The notes: a model not told the origin generated them from the sequence alone. A stretch of 64,000 nucleotides of DNA from an uncultured Actinomycetes bacterium (GCA_964510455.1 CAZECO010000001.1:35693-99692); one strand, 5' to 3'; positions 47,006 to 56,418 are shown, counted from the first letter of the stretch. Numbers and translations: made by a program.

Positions 47006-47654
47006 CGTGCTGACGCTGCGCGCGAGGGGACAGGACGATGACGGGCTCGGGCTGCAGGTGGTAGTCCGGGGTGGCCGCCGCCGGCCCCGTCTCGGGGAAG
47101 ACGGCGCGCTGGCGGCCCTGGCTCGCTGCCTCGAAGGGAATGAGTTCGGCCCAGCGGGCCTCCGCGTCGGTTCGGGCGGGGAGGATACGCCCGACGTGGA
47201 CAGCCGTCAGCCGGCCCTCGCCGGGGATCGTCCAGACGAGATGGACAACCGCCTCCACGCCCGCTACTGGCATCCCGGGCAGTTCCGGCTGCACGGCACC
47301 GCTGTTGATCGCAGCCGCGCGACGGCGGGTGGCAGACGATCCCGCGTCGAATACCCCCCGATGCCGCAGATCGTCACTGCCTGCCGTGGCGAACTGCAAC
47401 TCGTGGCGGTCCCTGGCCGCGATGAGCGCGGCACCCTGTCGACGCAGTCGGTACCCAGCACGTTGGAGTGCGGGCTCGGCGATGGCAGTTGCGCGCAGAT
47501 AGCGCTCGATGCCGAACAGAAGGGGGCTGCTGCCTGCCTCTCCCAGCCCTGCGCCGGCGATCCGGGCGGCCGTGTGGCCTGCCTCGGCGAGTCCTTGCAG
47601 CAGCTCCTCCGACAGGCTCACCGGACCGATATCCATGGACAGAATGTACAGCAA
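46995..47654 (-). CDS. hypothetical protein, translationally overlapped with the HTH-ImmA/IrrE gene
   Basis: 219 aa (or a start at MDIGPVS, 47636). Its stop overlaps the downstream start by 11 nt. No motif recognised. Confidence 0.55.
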   Translation of the reverse strand: MLYILSMDIGPVSLSEELLQGLAEAGHTAARIAGAGLGEAGSSPLLFGIERYLRATAIAEPALQRAGYRLRRQGAALIAARDRHELQFATAGSDDLRHRGVFDAGSSATRRRAAAINSGAVQPELPGMPVAGVEAVVHLVWTIPGEGRLTAVHVGRILPARTDAEARWAELIPFEAASQGRQRAVFPETGPAAATPDYHLQPEPVIVLSPRAQRQHDAG

Positions 47655-47807
47655 TACGTTGCATGAGCGTCCCCTTGTATAGTGGCGTGATCAAGTCGAT
47701 ACCCAGTCGTGGCGAGCGACCGGCGCTACGGGACCTAGAATGGGAGCCAACATGGCCAGCCCCTCTGCTCGCAAGGGCTGGTTCTTGCTTTCCCCGCCGG
47801 CGGCGAC

Positions 47808-48791
47808 GTGAGCCGCGCATACCTCAAGCCGTTCCTGACCATCGCCCAGCAGCGCGAACTCATGCAGTCCCGCGGGCTTGTGGTGGCCGACCCCGACGCC
47901 CTGGAGCACGCGCTCCGCACGGTCGGGTACTACCGGCTCAGCGCCTACACCCACACGTTCCGCGTTCGAACGGTCGGCATCGACGGTGCACAAGTTGTCC
48001 AGGACACCTACCTCCAAGGCACGACGGCCGAGCACGTACTGGCGCTGTACGAGTTCGACCGCAGGCTGAAACTCCTCGTCCTCGACGCGGTCGAGCGGAT
48101 CGAGATCGCGATGCGGTTCAGCGTGGCGCACACCCTGGGGGAACGGGACCCGTTCGGCCACCTCAATCCAGCCAGCCTCGACGGCCGGTTCACGGCAGCA
48201 ACTGGGCACGATGCCGGCTATGCCCGCTGGCTGCAGGGGTACGAGGATGCGCAGGGAAGGGCGAAGGAGGCCTTCGTCGAGCACTTCTCCGTCCAGTATG
48301 ACGGCCGGCTGCCGATCTGGGTCGCGGTCGAGATCATGCAGTTCGGACAGTTGTCGGTCCTGTTTCGGGGTCTCAGGCCGGAGGACCGGTTCCGTATCGC
48401 GGAATCGTACGGCCTGCGCGATCCGAAGGTCATCGGCTCATGGCTTCATTCGATGACCTACATCCGGAACGTCTGCGCGCACCACTCAAGACTGTGGAAC
48501 CGGAACATTGATGTCCAGCCACGGCTGCCGGCCGTTGGCCGGACCCCGGTGCTGGACCACGTGCGCGAGCACCTACCCCACGCCCTGGCCAGGCCGTACG
48601 GGGTTCTCTGCGTGATCCGATTCCTGATGGGGCGGATCGAACCCGAGGGATTTTGGGCGGCCGCCCTGCACCGCCATCTCGACACGCTCCCTGTGGGAGG
48701 CCCCGTCCACGCATACGCCATGGGATTCCCTCCCGACTGGCGCAGCCAACCGCTCTGGCACGGTCGAACGATGGCTGATCCTGAGTTGTGA
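47808..48791 (+). CDS. Abi_2 (AbiD/AbiF-type) abortive-infection family protein
   Basis: YLKPFLTIAQQRELMQSRGLVV...LRTVGYYRLSAYTHTF...LALYEFDRRLKLLVLDAVERIEIAMR...IRNVCAHHSRLWNR are the hallmark blocks of the Abi_2 family. Confidence 0.85.
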   Translation: MSRAYLKPFLTIAQQRELMQSRGLVVADPDALEHALRTVGYYRLSAYTHTFRVRTVGIDGAQVVQDTYLQGTTAEHVLALYEFDRRLKLLVLDAVERIEIAMRFSVAHTLGERDPFGHLNPASLDGRFTAATGHDAGYARWLQGYEDAQGRAKEAFVEHFSVQYDGRLPIWVAVEIMQFGQLSVLFRGLRPEDRFRIAESYGLRDPKVIGSWLHSMTYIRNVCAHHSRLWNRNIDVQPRLPAVGRTPVLDHVREHLPHALARPYGVLCVIRFLMGRIEPEGFWAAALHRHLDTLPVGGPVHAYAMGFPPDWRSQPLWHGRTMADPEL

Positions 48792-48950
48792 AGTTGCAGG
48801 CTCGATGGCGGCCTTCTGGTCGATTTGGTTGGCGGCTTCATCCGGGTGGCCGGTTCACAGACGAGTAGCGACCATAGGCCCGTCAGGAGCCCCAAACCGC
48901 CCCGCCAGAGGCTCTCGCTTCTGCCGAACCAGTCAGGTTGGACTGCACTC

Positions 48951-48968
48951 GTGACGGGCGTCAGGGTC
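48951..48968 (+). other. orphaned first six codons (GTG ACG GGC GTC AGG GTC) of the resolvase gene split by the transposon
   Basis: Joining 48951-48968 to 56737 onward gives (M)TGVRVGYVRVSSEGQ in frame. GGGTC at 48964-48968 is repeated at 56732-56736. Confidence 0.7.
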
Positions 48969-48971
48969 TGA

Positions 48972-48996
48972 TGTCAAAGTCCGAAGTCCTGTGCAC
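48972..48996. repeat. left terminal inverted repeat TGTCAAAGTCCGAAGTCCTGTGCAC
   Basis: Exact reverse complement of 56704-56728. Begins TGTC and ends GCAC, like Tn402/Tn5053 IRs. Confidence 0.9.
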
Positions 48997-49114
48997 GGGC
49001 CGCCGAGGTGGGACCGGGTTGGTGCAGTCAGGTTCAGACCTACGGCCGGACCGGATTCCTATGCACTAACGTTCGATCTGACCGTGTTCCTGTGCACGAC
49101 AGTGAGGATCGGCG

Positions 49115-50773
49115 ATGGACGACCCGGGCGTGGTGGCGGAACGCGGAGTGCTGACAGCGCCTGCGGAGGTGTGGCAGCTGGCGGTACGCCGGGCGGAGGT
49201 GATCGGCCGGCTGGCCGGCTTTGACGCCATCGGGCATGCGGCGGCCGACAGTGCCGCTGCCGAGCTGGGCATTTCCCGTCGGCATGTGTACGGACTGCTG
49301 CGGCGTTGGCGGGCCGGAGCGGGCGTGGTCTCCGATCTGGTCCCGGGCAAGTCCAGCGGCGGCCGCGGCCGTGAGCAGCTTTCCGCGCCCGTGGAGGCTG
49401 TGATCCGCGAGGTGCTGCGCACCCGCTATTTGAGCAGACAGCGGCGATCAATGGCTGCGGTGCACCGCGAAGTCGCCCGGGTGTGCCTGAGCCGGGGCCT
49501 GCCGGTCCCGTCGAAGGGCGCAGTGGTGCGCCGAGCGGCGAAGCTCGATCCGGCGGCCGCTGTGGCCGCGCGCCATGGACCGGACGCCGCGCGGGATCGC
49601 AGGTCCGCCGGTGGTGTCGCGCCGCCAGTGACCAGGCTGCTGGAGCAGGTGCAGATGGATCACACCCCGGTTGATGTGATCGTCGTGGACGAGCGGCATC
49701 GCCTGCCGATCGGTCGTCCTTACCTCACGGTGGCGATCGATGTCCTCAGTCGCGGCATTGGGGGCATGGTTGTGACGCTGGAGGCGCCGTCGGCGCTGTC
49801 GGTGGGGCTGTGCCTGGCGCATCTGGTCACGGACAAGAGGGCCTGGCTGGAACGCCTCAGTGTGAGTGAAGCGGTGTGGCCGGTGAGCGGCAAGCCGTCC
49901 GAGATCTACGTGGACAACGCTGCGGAGTTCAAGAGCGAGGCCCTGCACCGGGGCTGTGAGCAGCACGGGATCAGGATCGAGTGGCGACCGCCGGGGCAGC
50001 CGCACTTCGGCGGGATCGTGGAACGGGTGATCGGCACGATGATGCAGATGGTCCACGAGCTGCCGGGCGCAACGTTCTCCAACCCGCAGCAGCGCAAGGG
50101 CTACGACTCCGATCGCACCGCGGTGCTGACGATCCGCGAGCTGGAGCGGTGGCTCGCCCTGGCGGTGGCCGTCTACCACGGGCAGGTGCACAGCACCTTG
50201 GGCCAAACCCCCGCCGCGCTGTGGGCCGAGGCCGCCACCGCGAACGGTCATCCGCCAACGGTCACCAGCGAAACGGCGTTCCTGGTGGACTTCCTGCCGG
50301 TGATCCGGCGCACCCTGACCCGGACCGGGTTCGTCATCGACCACGTGGGCTACTTCAGTAACGCCCTGAAGCCCTGGATTGCCCGCCGCGAGCAGCTGGG
50401 CCGGTTCGTGTTGCGTCGCGACCCGCGCGACATCAGCCGGATCTGGGCCTTGGACCCGCAGGAACGCACCTATATAGAGGTGCCGTACCGGACGGTGTCG
50501 CATCCGCCGATCAACCTGTGGGAGCACCAGGCCGCAGTAGCCCGGCTGCGGGAGCAGGGCCGCGCCCAGGTCGACGAGCATGCCCTGTTCCGCACGGTCG
50601 AGCAGATGCGCGCGATCACTGACACGGCGACGAAGACCACCCGTCGGGCCCGCCGCGACGTGCAGCGGCGTGCCGCGACGCCCTCGCCGCGGACCGCGCT
50701 GACGATGCCGCCACCGACGGTGGTCGACGCAACGGAAGCCGCTGCACCGTTCACCGTGGTCGAGGAATGGTGA
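49115..50773 (+). CDS. tniA: TniA (Mu/Tn7 TnsB-like DDE transposase)
   Basis: N-terminal HTH (AAAELGISRRHVYGLLRRW). DDE region is QMDHTPVDVIVVD ... IYVDNAAEFKS ... GGIVERVIGT. GAGGA sits upstream of ATG 49115. Confidence 0.9.
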   Translation: MDDPGVVAERGVLTAPAEVWQLAVRRAEVIGRLAGFDAIGHAAADSAAAELGISRRHVYGLLRRWRAGAGVVSDLVPGKSSGGRGREQLSAPVEAVIREVLRTRYLSRQRRSMAAVHREVARVCLSRGLPVPSKGAVVRRAAKLDPAAAVAARHGPDAARDRRSAGGVAPPVTRLLEQVQMDHTPVDVIVVDERHRLPIGRPYLTVAIDVLSRGIGGMVVTLEAPSALSVGLCLAHLVTDKRAWLERLSVSEAVWPVSGKPSEIYVDNAAEFKSEALHRGCEQHGIRIEWRPPGQPHFGGIVERVIGTMMQMVHELPGATFSNPQQRKGYDSDRTAVLTIRELERWLALAVAVYHGQVHSTLGQTPAALWAEAATANGHPPTVTSETAFLVDFLPVIRRTLTRTGFVIDHVGYFSNALKPWIARREQLGRFVLRRDPRDISRIWALDPQERTYIEVPYRTVSHPPINLWEHQAAVARLREQGRAQVDEHALFRTVEQMRAITDTATKTTRRARRDVQRRAATPSPRTALTMPPPTVVDATEAAAPFTVVEEW

Positions 50774-51681
50774 GCGTGACCGCAGGACCCGACGACCTGG
50801 CGCACCTGCACCAGACCGCGCGGGGGGTCGCGCTGCTGCCGGCCGAGGAACGGCTGCGCCATGTGCGGGCGGATCGGTGGATCGGTTACACCCGCGCCAC
50901 TGACGCGATCACCCGGTTGGAGGCGTTGTTCTCATGGCCGGATAAGCAGCGGATGCCCAATCTGCTGCTGATCGGGCCGACGAACAACGGCAAGTCCATG
51001 ATCGTGGAGAAGTTCCGGCGGATGCATCCGCCGGTGTCGTACCCGGACCACGAGCACATCCCGGTGCTGGCCGTGCAGATGCCCTCCGAGCCGTCCGTGA
51101 TCCGCTTCTACATCGCGTTGCTCGCGGCCCTCGGCGCCCCGCTTCGTCCCCGGCATCGGCTGGCCGAGCTGGAGCAGGTCACCCTCGGGCTGCTGCGTCA
51201 GGTTGGCGTGCGGGTGCTGGTCATCGACGAACTGCACAACGTGCTTGCCGGGCGCGGCGACGCCCGCCGGGAGTTCCTGAACCTGATCCGGTTCCTGGGC
51301 AACGAATTGCGGATCCCCCTGGTCGGGGTCGGCACCCGTGAGGCGTACCTGGCGATCCGTTCCGACGACCAGCTGGAGAACCGGTTCGAGCCGTTCCCCC
51401 TGCCGCGATGGCAGCCCGACGCCGAGGCGCGCTCGCTGCTGGCCAGCTTCGCCACCTCGTTCCCGCTGCGGCGGTCCTCACCGATCGCCACCGAGGAGAT
51501 GGCCGCCTACCTGCTCACCCGCAGCGAAGGCACGATCGGCGAACTGGCCCGGCTGCTGACCGACGCCGCGATTGCCGCGATCGAATCCGGCGAAGAAGCG
51601 ATCAACCAGCGCACCCTGCTCATGGCCAGCTACGCCGGTCCCACCGAACGGCGCCGGCTGTTCGAGCGGGAGCTGGCGTGA
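50767..51681 (+). CDS. tniB: TniB (AAA+ transposition helper ATPase)
   Basis: LLLIGPTNNGKSMIVEKF (Walker A). VLVIDELHNVL (Walker B). Overlaps tniA by 7 nt. Confidence 0.9.
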   Translation: MVSVTAGPDDLAHLHQTARGVALLPAEERLRHVRADRWIGYTRATDAITRLEALFSWPDKQRMPNLLLIGPTNNGKSMIVEKFRRMHPPVSYPDHEHIPVLAVQMPSEPSVIRFYIALLAALGAPLRPRHRLAELEQVTLGLLRQVGVRVLVIDELHNVLAGRGDARREFLNLIRFLGNELRIPLVGVGTREAYLAIRSDDQLENRFEPFPLPRWQPDAEARSLLASFATSFPLRRSSPIATEEMAAYLLTRSEGTIGELARLLTDAAIAAIESGEEAINQRTLLMASYAGPTERRRLFERELA

Positions 51682-52853
51682 GCCTGGGCCGACGGTGGCC
51701 GCTGCACCCTCGGCCGTTGGCTGGTGAGACGCTGTCGTCGTGGCTGACTCGGATCGCTGATGTCCACGACCTAGGTATCGACGAGTTGCTGCGATACAAC
51801 CTCGGTTCGGTCCGTGTCGACCCTTGGCGTGACCTTGCCGGTCTCGATGTCGATCCGCCCGCCGTCGTTCTTGATGTGCTGGCCGAGCGGACCGGGGTGC
51901 CGACGCCCGACCTGGCCAGGATGGCGGTCAGCGGTTGGATCCCGTGGCTGCTGGACACTCTTGAGCATCACTCGGACGCTTACGCCACCTATGTCCGGCA
52001 GGACTGTGTGCTGCTCGCTCCTGGCGAGGCTCCACCCCGCAATCCGGCCCGGTGGCGACCGTGGCTCGCGCGGGAGCCGATGCGCCGTGGCTGCCCCCTG
52101 TGCATGAGCGGATCGACACCGGCGTTCAGCCTGGTGTCGCAGATACCACTCACCTTGTCCTGCCCTGAGCACGGTTGCAGGCTCCAGGCCACCTCCGGCG
52201 TTCCGGGCAGGTTTCTGGGCTGGGCCACGACCTCCGGCGAGCCCGTGGCAGCCGGCGCTGCCGTGCAGACGATGGACCGGCTCACTTATGAAGGCATGGC
52301 CACCGGGATGGTCACCCTGCCCCGCCGGTCCGTGCACCTCGGGGTATGGCTGCGCCTGCTGCGCGGCCTGCTCGACGAGGTCAACACCCCGCTGTCGCTG
52401 GTGCGTCGGGCGAGCGCCCGCACCATTCGCCAGATATGGGCCGCCGCCGGTCAGCGAATCCGCGCCGGCGAAACCGCATGGCGACCGTACGAGTCCCTGG
52501 ACTGGAGTGTGCAGCAGGCGATGCTCGAAGCCGCAGCCGCCGCATTGCATCTGGCCGAGACTGGCAGCATCACACCCCACGGCAGCCTCGGTCCGCTGCT
52601 GCAGGCCGAGCCCTACCGCCCTGCAAGCGATGGCGTGCCACCCAGACTTTCCGACCGACGAATCGACGTCGCCAACCCGGCGCGCGACCGAGCCGGCGAC
52701 GCATTGCAGGAAGCCACGACCGTGCTGCAGGACGCAATCGCCGCCGCCCAGGCCGACCCGAACTCGGCACGGCAGCTGCTCGGCGTGATCACCGAGTTCT
52801 GGAGGAGCTCCTGCCCGATCAGGACGAGATCGCCGAGTCTTTGTAGATCTTGA
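51678..52853 (+). CDS. tniQ: TniQ (target-selection protein)
   Basis: Tail of track ORF 51408..52853 from GTG 51678 (GTGA overlap with tniB). RRWPLHPRPLAGETLSSWLTRIADVHDLGIDELL is the typical TniQ N-terminus. Cys pairs: CPLC...CPEHGC. Confidence 0.85.
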   Translation: MSLGRRWPLHPRPLAGETLSSWLTRIADVHDLGIDELLRYNLGSVRVDPWRDLAGLDVDPPAVVLDVLAERTGVPTPDLARMAVSGWIPWLLDTLEHHSDAYATYVRQDCVLLAPGEAPPRNPARWRPWLAREPMRRGCPLCMSGSTPAFSLVSQIPLTLSCPEHGCRLQATSGVPGRFLGWATTSGEPVAAGAAVQTMDRLTYEGMATGMVTLPRRSVHLGVWLRLLRGLLDEVNTPLSLVRRASARTIRQIWAAAGQRIRAGETAWRPYESLDWSVQQAMLEAAAAALHLAETGSITPHGSLGPLLQAEPYRPASDGVPPRLSDRRIDVANPARDRAGDALQEATTVLQDAIAAAQADPNSARQLLGVITEFWRSSCPIRTRSPSLCRS

Positions 52854-52922
52854 GGCAGTCCTCAGCGGCAAGGGCGTCGAGCTGCAGCTGCGGATCTTGG
52901 TCCGCGGTACTGACTCGGGCAT

Positions 52923-53396
52923 GTGGCCACCGGCACCAAGAGCGACCGCCCCGAGTGGAATGCTTGCCTCGCCGATCTGCGCCCCGGCGACACGCTGATC
53001 ATTTGGAAGATCGACCGGCTCGGCCGAAACCTGCGCGACCTGGTGGACATCGTCGCCGTTCTTGAAGCCCGCGGCGTCGGCGTCAAGTCGCTGACCAACG
53101 GCATCGTCGACACGACCACCGCCCACGGCAAGCTCGTCTTCGGCATGTTCGCTCTCATGGCCGAGTACGAAGCGGCCCTCATCAAAGAACGCACCCTCGC
53201 CGGCCTAGCCGCCGCCCGCGCACGCGGCCGCACCGGCGGGCGCAAACCCAAAATGACCCCAGCCCTGATCAACAAGGCGCAACGCATGTACGACGCGAAG
53301 CAATTCACGATGGCCGAGATCGCTGCCTCCTGCGGCGTCACCCCCATGACGATCTACCGCAATATCAAGACCAGCCCGGCCGCCGCAGCGCTATGA
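52923..53396 (+). pseudogene. tniR: 5'-truncated serine resolvase (tniR-like); catalytic-Ser region missing
   Basis: The ORF begins at ...GTKSDRPEWNACLADLRPGDTLIIWKIDRLGRNLRDL, about residue 40 of a normal resolvase. No YxRVSxxxQ segment upstream. Only 70 nt separate it from tniQ. The C-terminal HTH is intact (FTMAEIAASCGVTPMTIYRNI). Confidence 0.75.
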
Positions 53397-53411
53397 CCTG
53401 GAGTTCGGCCC

Positions 53412-53446
53412 TGTGAGGCAGCATTCTGTGATCGCTGTATGTCCCC
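53412..53446. repeat. inner inverted repeat, left copy (TGTGAGGCAGCATTCTGTGATCGCTGTATGTCCCC)
   Basis: Matches the reverse complement of 56619-56653 at 28 of 35 positions, including a 16-nt perfect core GCATTCTGTGATCGCT (hand alignment). Confidence 0.8.
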
Positions 53447-53728
53447 ATCCCGTTCGACGAGAAGTGCTCAGCCAACCAACCCCGACCGCATTCCTGGGGA
53501 GGCGAAGGACGACGGTCATTCCGCCCAGAGTGGGGCGGTGCGGAGACTCAGGAGAATCGGGTTCCTAGTGGGATCAGGGCCCAGGAATCCCTCGACGAGA
53601 GTGAGTCCGCTGGACCGGTTTGCGGGTCCCTTCGGCAGGGCATAACGTCCGCGTCTCGCCGTTGGCTTCGCTGCGGGCGGGTCCCCATGCCCGGGTGGCT
53701 GGTTTAACCGTGAGGTGCGTGATCGTGA

Positions 53729-55498
53729 ATGACCATTTCCGCTGATTTGGTGGCTGAGCCGACGCTGGCCGTCGTTGATGGCCTTCGAGTCGTGTGGGCA
53801 CCGGGCGCCGGGCCACGCTCGCACGCTGGCCTGGTCTTTCGCGTGGGTCAAGCCGACGAGTCCTTGAGCACTCGCGGGATCACGCATCTGTTGGAGCACC
53901 TTGCCCTCGAGGGAACTGGAGGGTCAGCCCCGCACAATGGCGAGACCGACCTGTTCACGACCACGTTCACCGTTTCGGGCACTTGGTCGGAGATCGACAC
54001 TCACCTCGCGAGGGTCGTCGCCAACCTGAGGAGTCTGCCCGAGCAGCGCCTTGACTTCGAGAAGCAAATCTTGGCCGCGGAGGAGCGGGGTCATTCGGCA
54101 GGAGTCTTTGGGCAACTCGCGCTGTACCGTTACGGAGCGACGGGGGCGGGGTTGACCCAGTTCCCTGAGTGGGGCTTACCGCGGATCGGCGCGCCGGCAT
54201 TGCGGGACTGGGCGGACCGCTACTTCTCGCGGGAGAACGCGGTGCTCGTCATCGTGGGCCCTCAACCGCCGGATCAACTGTCCTGGCAACTGCCCGCAGG
54301 GGAAGCCCGTGCCACTCCGGAGCCCGCGCCTCCCACCTCGCGCGTGCCGAGCTACGCGTTCGACCACGTGGCCGGCCCGGCCCTGATGGCCGAAGTCGCC
54401 CGTTCGACCGCCGCCACTGCGTTCACGGCAATCGCCGATCGCGAACTGATGCGGCACGTCCGCGGCGAACTGGGTCTGGCCTACCGCGCATCCGCCGGAT
54501 ACGTACCGGTCTCCGCCAATCGTGCCGTGATCATCGCCCACACGGATTCGGTCGACGGCCAAACGCAGCAGACCGTCGACGCGTTCCTCGACGTCTTGTT
54601 CCGACTGGCTTCCCATGGCCCGGATGAGCAAGTGCTGGCCGAAGTGGCCGCGATGCGGAAGGCCGCACTCGCCGAGCCGAACGCGGCCTTCGCTCTGGCC
54701 CACAACGCGGCCCGCAACATCCTCGATGGCCTGCCCATCACACATCAGGCTGAACTGGACAGGAAGTTCGATGCGTTGACTCCTGCCGATGTGCAGGCGG
54801 TCGCCTCAGCGGTGCTGCGCAGCGCCGTGGTGCTGTTGCCGCACCAGGCCCGGGCGATCGGCCGCGGCGGTTTCACCCCAATCGGGGTCGCAGACTCCGT
54901 GCCCGTGGAAGGCAAGAAGATCTTCCTTCCCAACGATCCCGACGGCACGAGGGCCAACCTGATCATTGGGACCGATGGCATCAGCCGCCTGCGCGGCGAC
55001 GAGGCCATGACCATCCGATTTACCGAGGTCGCCGCGTTGCTGAGGCGGTCCGACGGGACACGCGTCCTCATCGCCAACTCGGCCGACACCATCGAGGTGG
55101 ACCCCAAGAAACTTGGCCCCACGCGCATGGAGCAGGTCGATGAGGCGGTCCCCAGGGACCGCTGGATCGACCTCGCGGGACCTTCCGCGCCGGTGCCTGA
55201 ACGCGAGGACGGGACCCCGAAGGCGCCGCTGACGTGGTACCAGAAATTCCTGTTCGTCCCCCTCCGCGCTGCGGTGGTGGCGCTTCTGGTGATCATCGTC
55301 TTCACGCTGGTCTGGCCGATGGACGCCCAGGAGAACCTCATTCCGCCTGGGGACCAAATCATGCTCGGGCTGGGGATCGTGGCCGCGTACGCGGACCACG
55401 CCCTGTACGCGCGCCGGGCACGGCGGCGCAACGGGGAACGGGCTGACCACAGGGCGAATCGCGAACGGGACCGACGCAACGCGGAGGCAGCCTCATGA
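53729..55498 (+). CDS. M16 (pitrilysin/insulinase)-like metallopeptidase homologue with C-terminal TM helices
   Basis: Inverted zinc motif HxxEH in GITHLLEHLALEG. Downstream FEKQILAAEE resembles the distal Glu region. C-terminal hydrophobic stretches FLFVPLRAAVVALLVIIVFTLVW and IMLGLGIVAAYA. Confidence 0.7.
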   Translation: MTISADLVAEPTLAVVDGLRVVWAPGAGPRSHAGLVFRVGQADESLSTRGITHLLEHLALEGTGGSAPHNGETDLFTTTFTVSGTWSEIDTHLARVVANLRSLPEQRLDFEKQILAAEERGHSAGVFGQLALYRYGATGAGLTQFPEWGLPRIGAPALRDWADRYFSRENAVLVIVGPQPPDQLSWQLPAGEARATPEPAPPTSRVPSYAFDHVAGPALMAEVARSTAATAFTAIADRELMRHVRGELGLAYRASAGYVPVSANRAVIIAHTDSVDGQTQQTVDAFLDVLFRLASHGPDEQVLAEVAAMRKAALAEPNAAFALAHNAARNILDGLPITHQAELDRKFDALTPADVQAVASAVLRSAVVLLPHQARAIGRGGFTPIGVADSVPVEGKKIFLPNDPDGTRANLIIGTDGISRLRGDEAMTIRFTEVAALLRRSDGTRVLIANSADTIEVDPKKLGPTRMEQVDEAVPRDRWIDLAGPSAPVPEREDGTPKAPLTWYQKFLFVPLRAAVVALLVIIVFTLVWPMDAQENLIPPGDQIMLGLGIVAAYADHALYARRARRRNGERADHRANRERDRRNAEAAS

Positions 55499-56418
55499 GC
55501 ACGCCAGGTTGGGTGACCGACCCATTCCAGGGAAGCGTCGCTGCGGCTGACGCGACCGCCGCGGCCAAAGGACGGGACCGGGTCCGGATCGTTGACGCGA
55601 TCACTGCAGCACAACCGTCAGAGCGTTCCATCCTCGTGCTCAGCGTTGCCGAGGTGCCGGACCTCGTCGATTGGCTAAGTGAATGGCTGACCGACGACCC
55701 GAACGACCCATGGTTGAACGCGATCACAGCCGAGGCCTACCTGAACTGGGCGAAGCAGGCGCGCGGAGATGCCCCGGTGAAATGGGTGACCGCCCAAGAG
55801 TGGCAGCGGTTCCACGCCCGAGCCGCGGCGGCCGCCGACATCGTCAGGCACGCCCAGAACCTCACGAACGACACCGCACTCGCCGGCCTGCCCGCCCTAG
55901 GCGTCGCGGTGATCAACGGCGGAACCACCGAGGACGTGCATCGCGCCCTCTCGGCCATCGACACCGCCTACCCACACGACTACACCGTGCTCCGCAGGGC
56001 CCTCACCTACTTCGCGCCGAGGTGGTACGGCGACATCACGCAGGTGTGGGACCTGGCGCTACCCCAGTCGGCAGCCGCGCCCGATGGCGCCCCCACCGCG
56101 GCCATCGTCGCCGCAGCCGTCGTAGAACAGTGCGTTTGGGTGCCCAAGGCCCCCGGCGGCCAGCCTGGACCGCGGATGGCAGAACTGCTTGACGAGGCTG
56201 CCGCACGAACCGTCGAGCACCCCTCGTGGCAATGGACTCCGTCCGGCTGGGTGGCGGTGAACGAACTCGTGCTGGCCAACCTGGTTGCAGGCCGGGCGGG
56301 GATCGCACGCCAGCTGTACGGAAAACTCACTGAGCAGCGACGGACGCAGTCTCCGTGGGAACTGCTCAGCGGCGTCAACCGCTCCAAGCACTTCGCCCGG
56401 CTCTCGGGATCCGGATAG
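55495..56418 (+). CDS. hypothetical helical protein (possibly DUF4034-like), translationally coupled to the M16-like gene
   Basis: ATGA overlap at 55495-55498. 307 aa. The segment LTYFAPRWYGDITQVWDLA recalls the l.PrW.Gs motif of DUF4034 (memory only). Confidence 0.55.
   Translation: MSTPGWVTDPFQGSVAAADATAAAKGRDRVRIVDAITAAQPSERSILVLSVAEVPDLVDWLSEWLTDDPNDPWLNAITAEAYLNWAKQARGDAPVKWVTAQEWQRFHARAAAAADIVRHAQNLTNDTALAGLPALGVAVINGGTTEDVHRALSAIDTAYPHDYTVLRRALTYFAPRWYGDITQVWDLALPQSAAAPDGAPTAAIVAAAVVEQCVWVPKAPGGQPGPRMAELLDEAAARTVEHPSWQWTPSGWVAVNELVLANLVAGRAGIARQLYGKLTEQRRTQSPWELLSGVNRSKHFARLSGSG

Noticed and set aside
48967-48971. Expected a target-site duplication immediately abutting the 25-bp IRs (TCTGA vs CGAGG)
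   Set aside because: The immediately adjacent pentamers do not match. The matching GGGTC lies 3 nt further out on both sides and restores the resolvase reading frame, so that interpretation was adopted instead.
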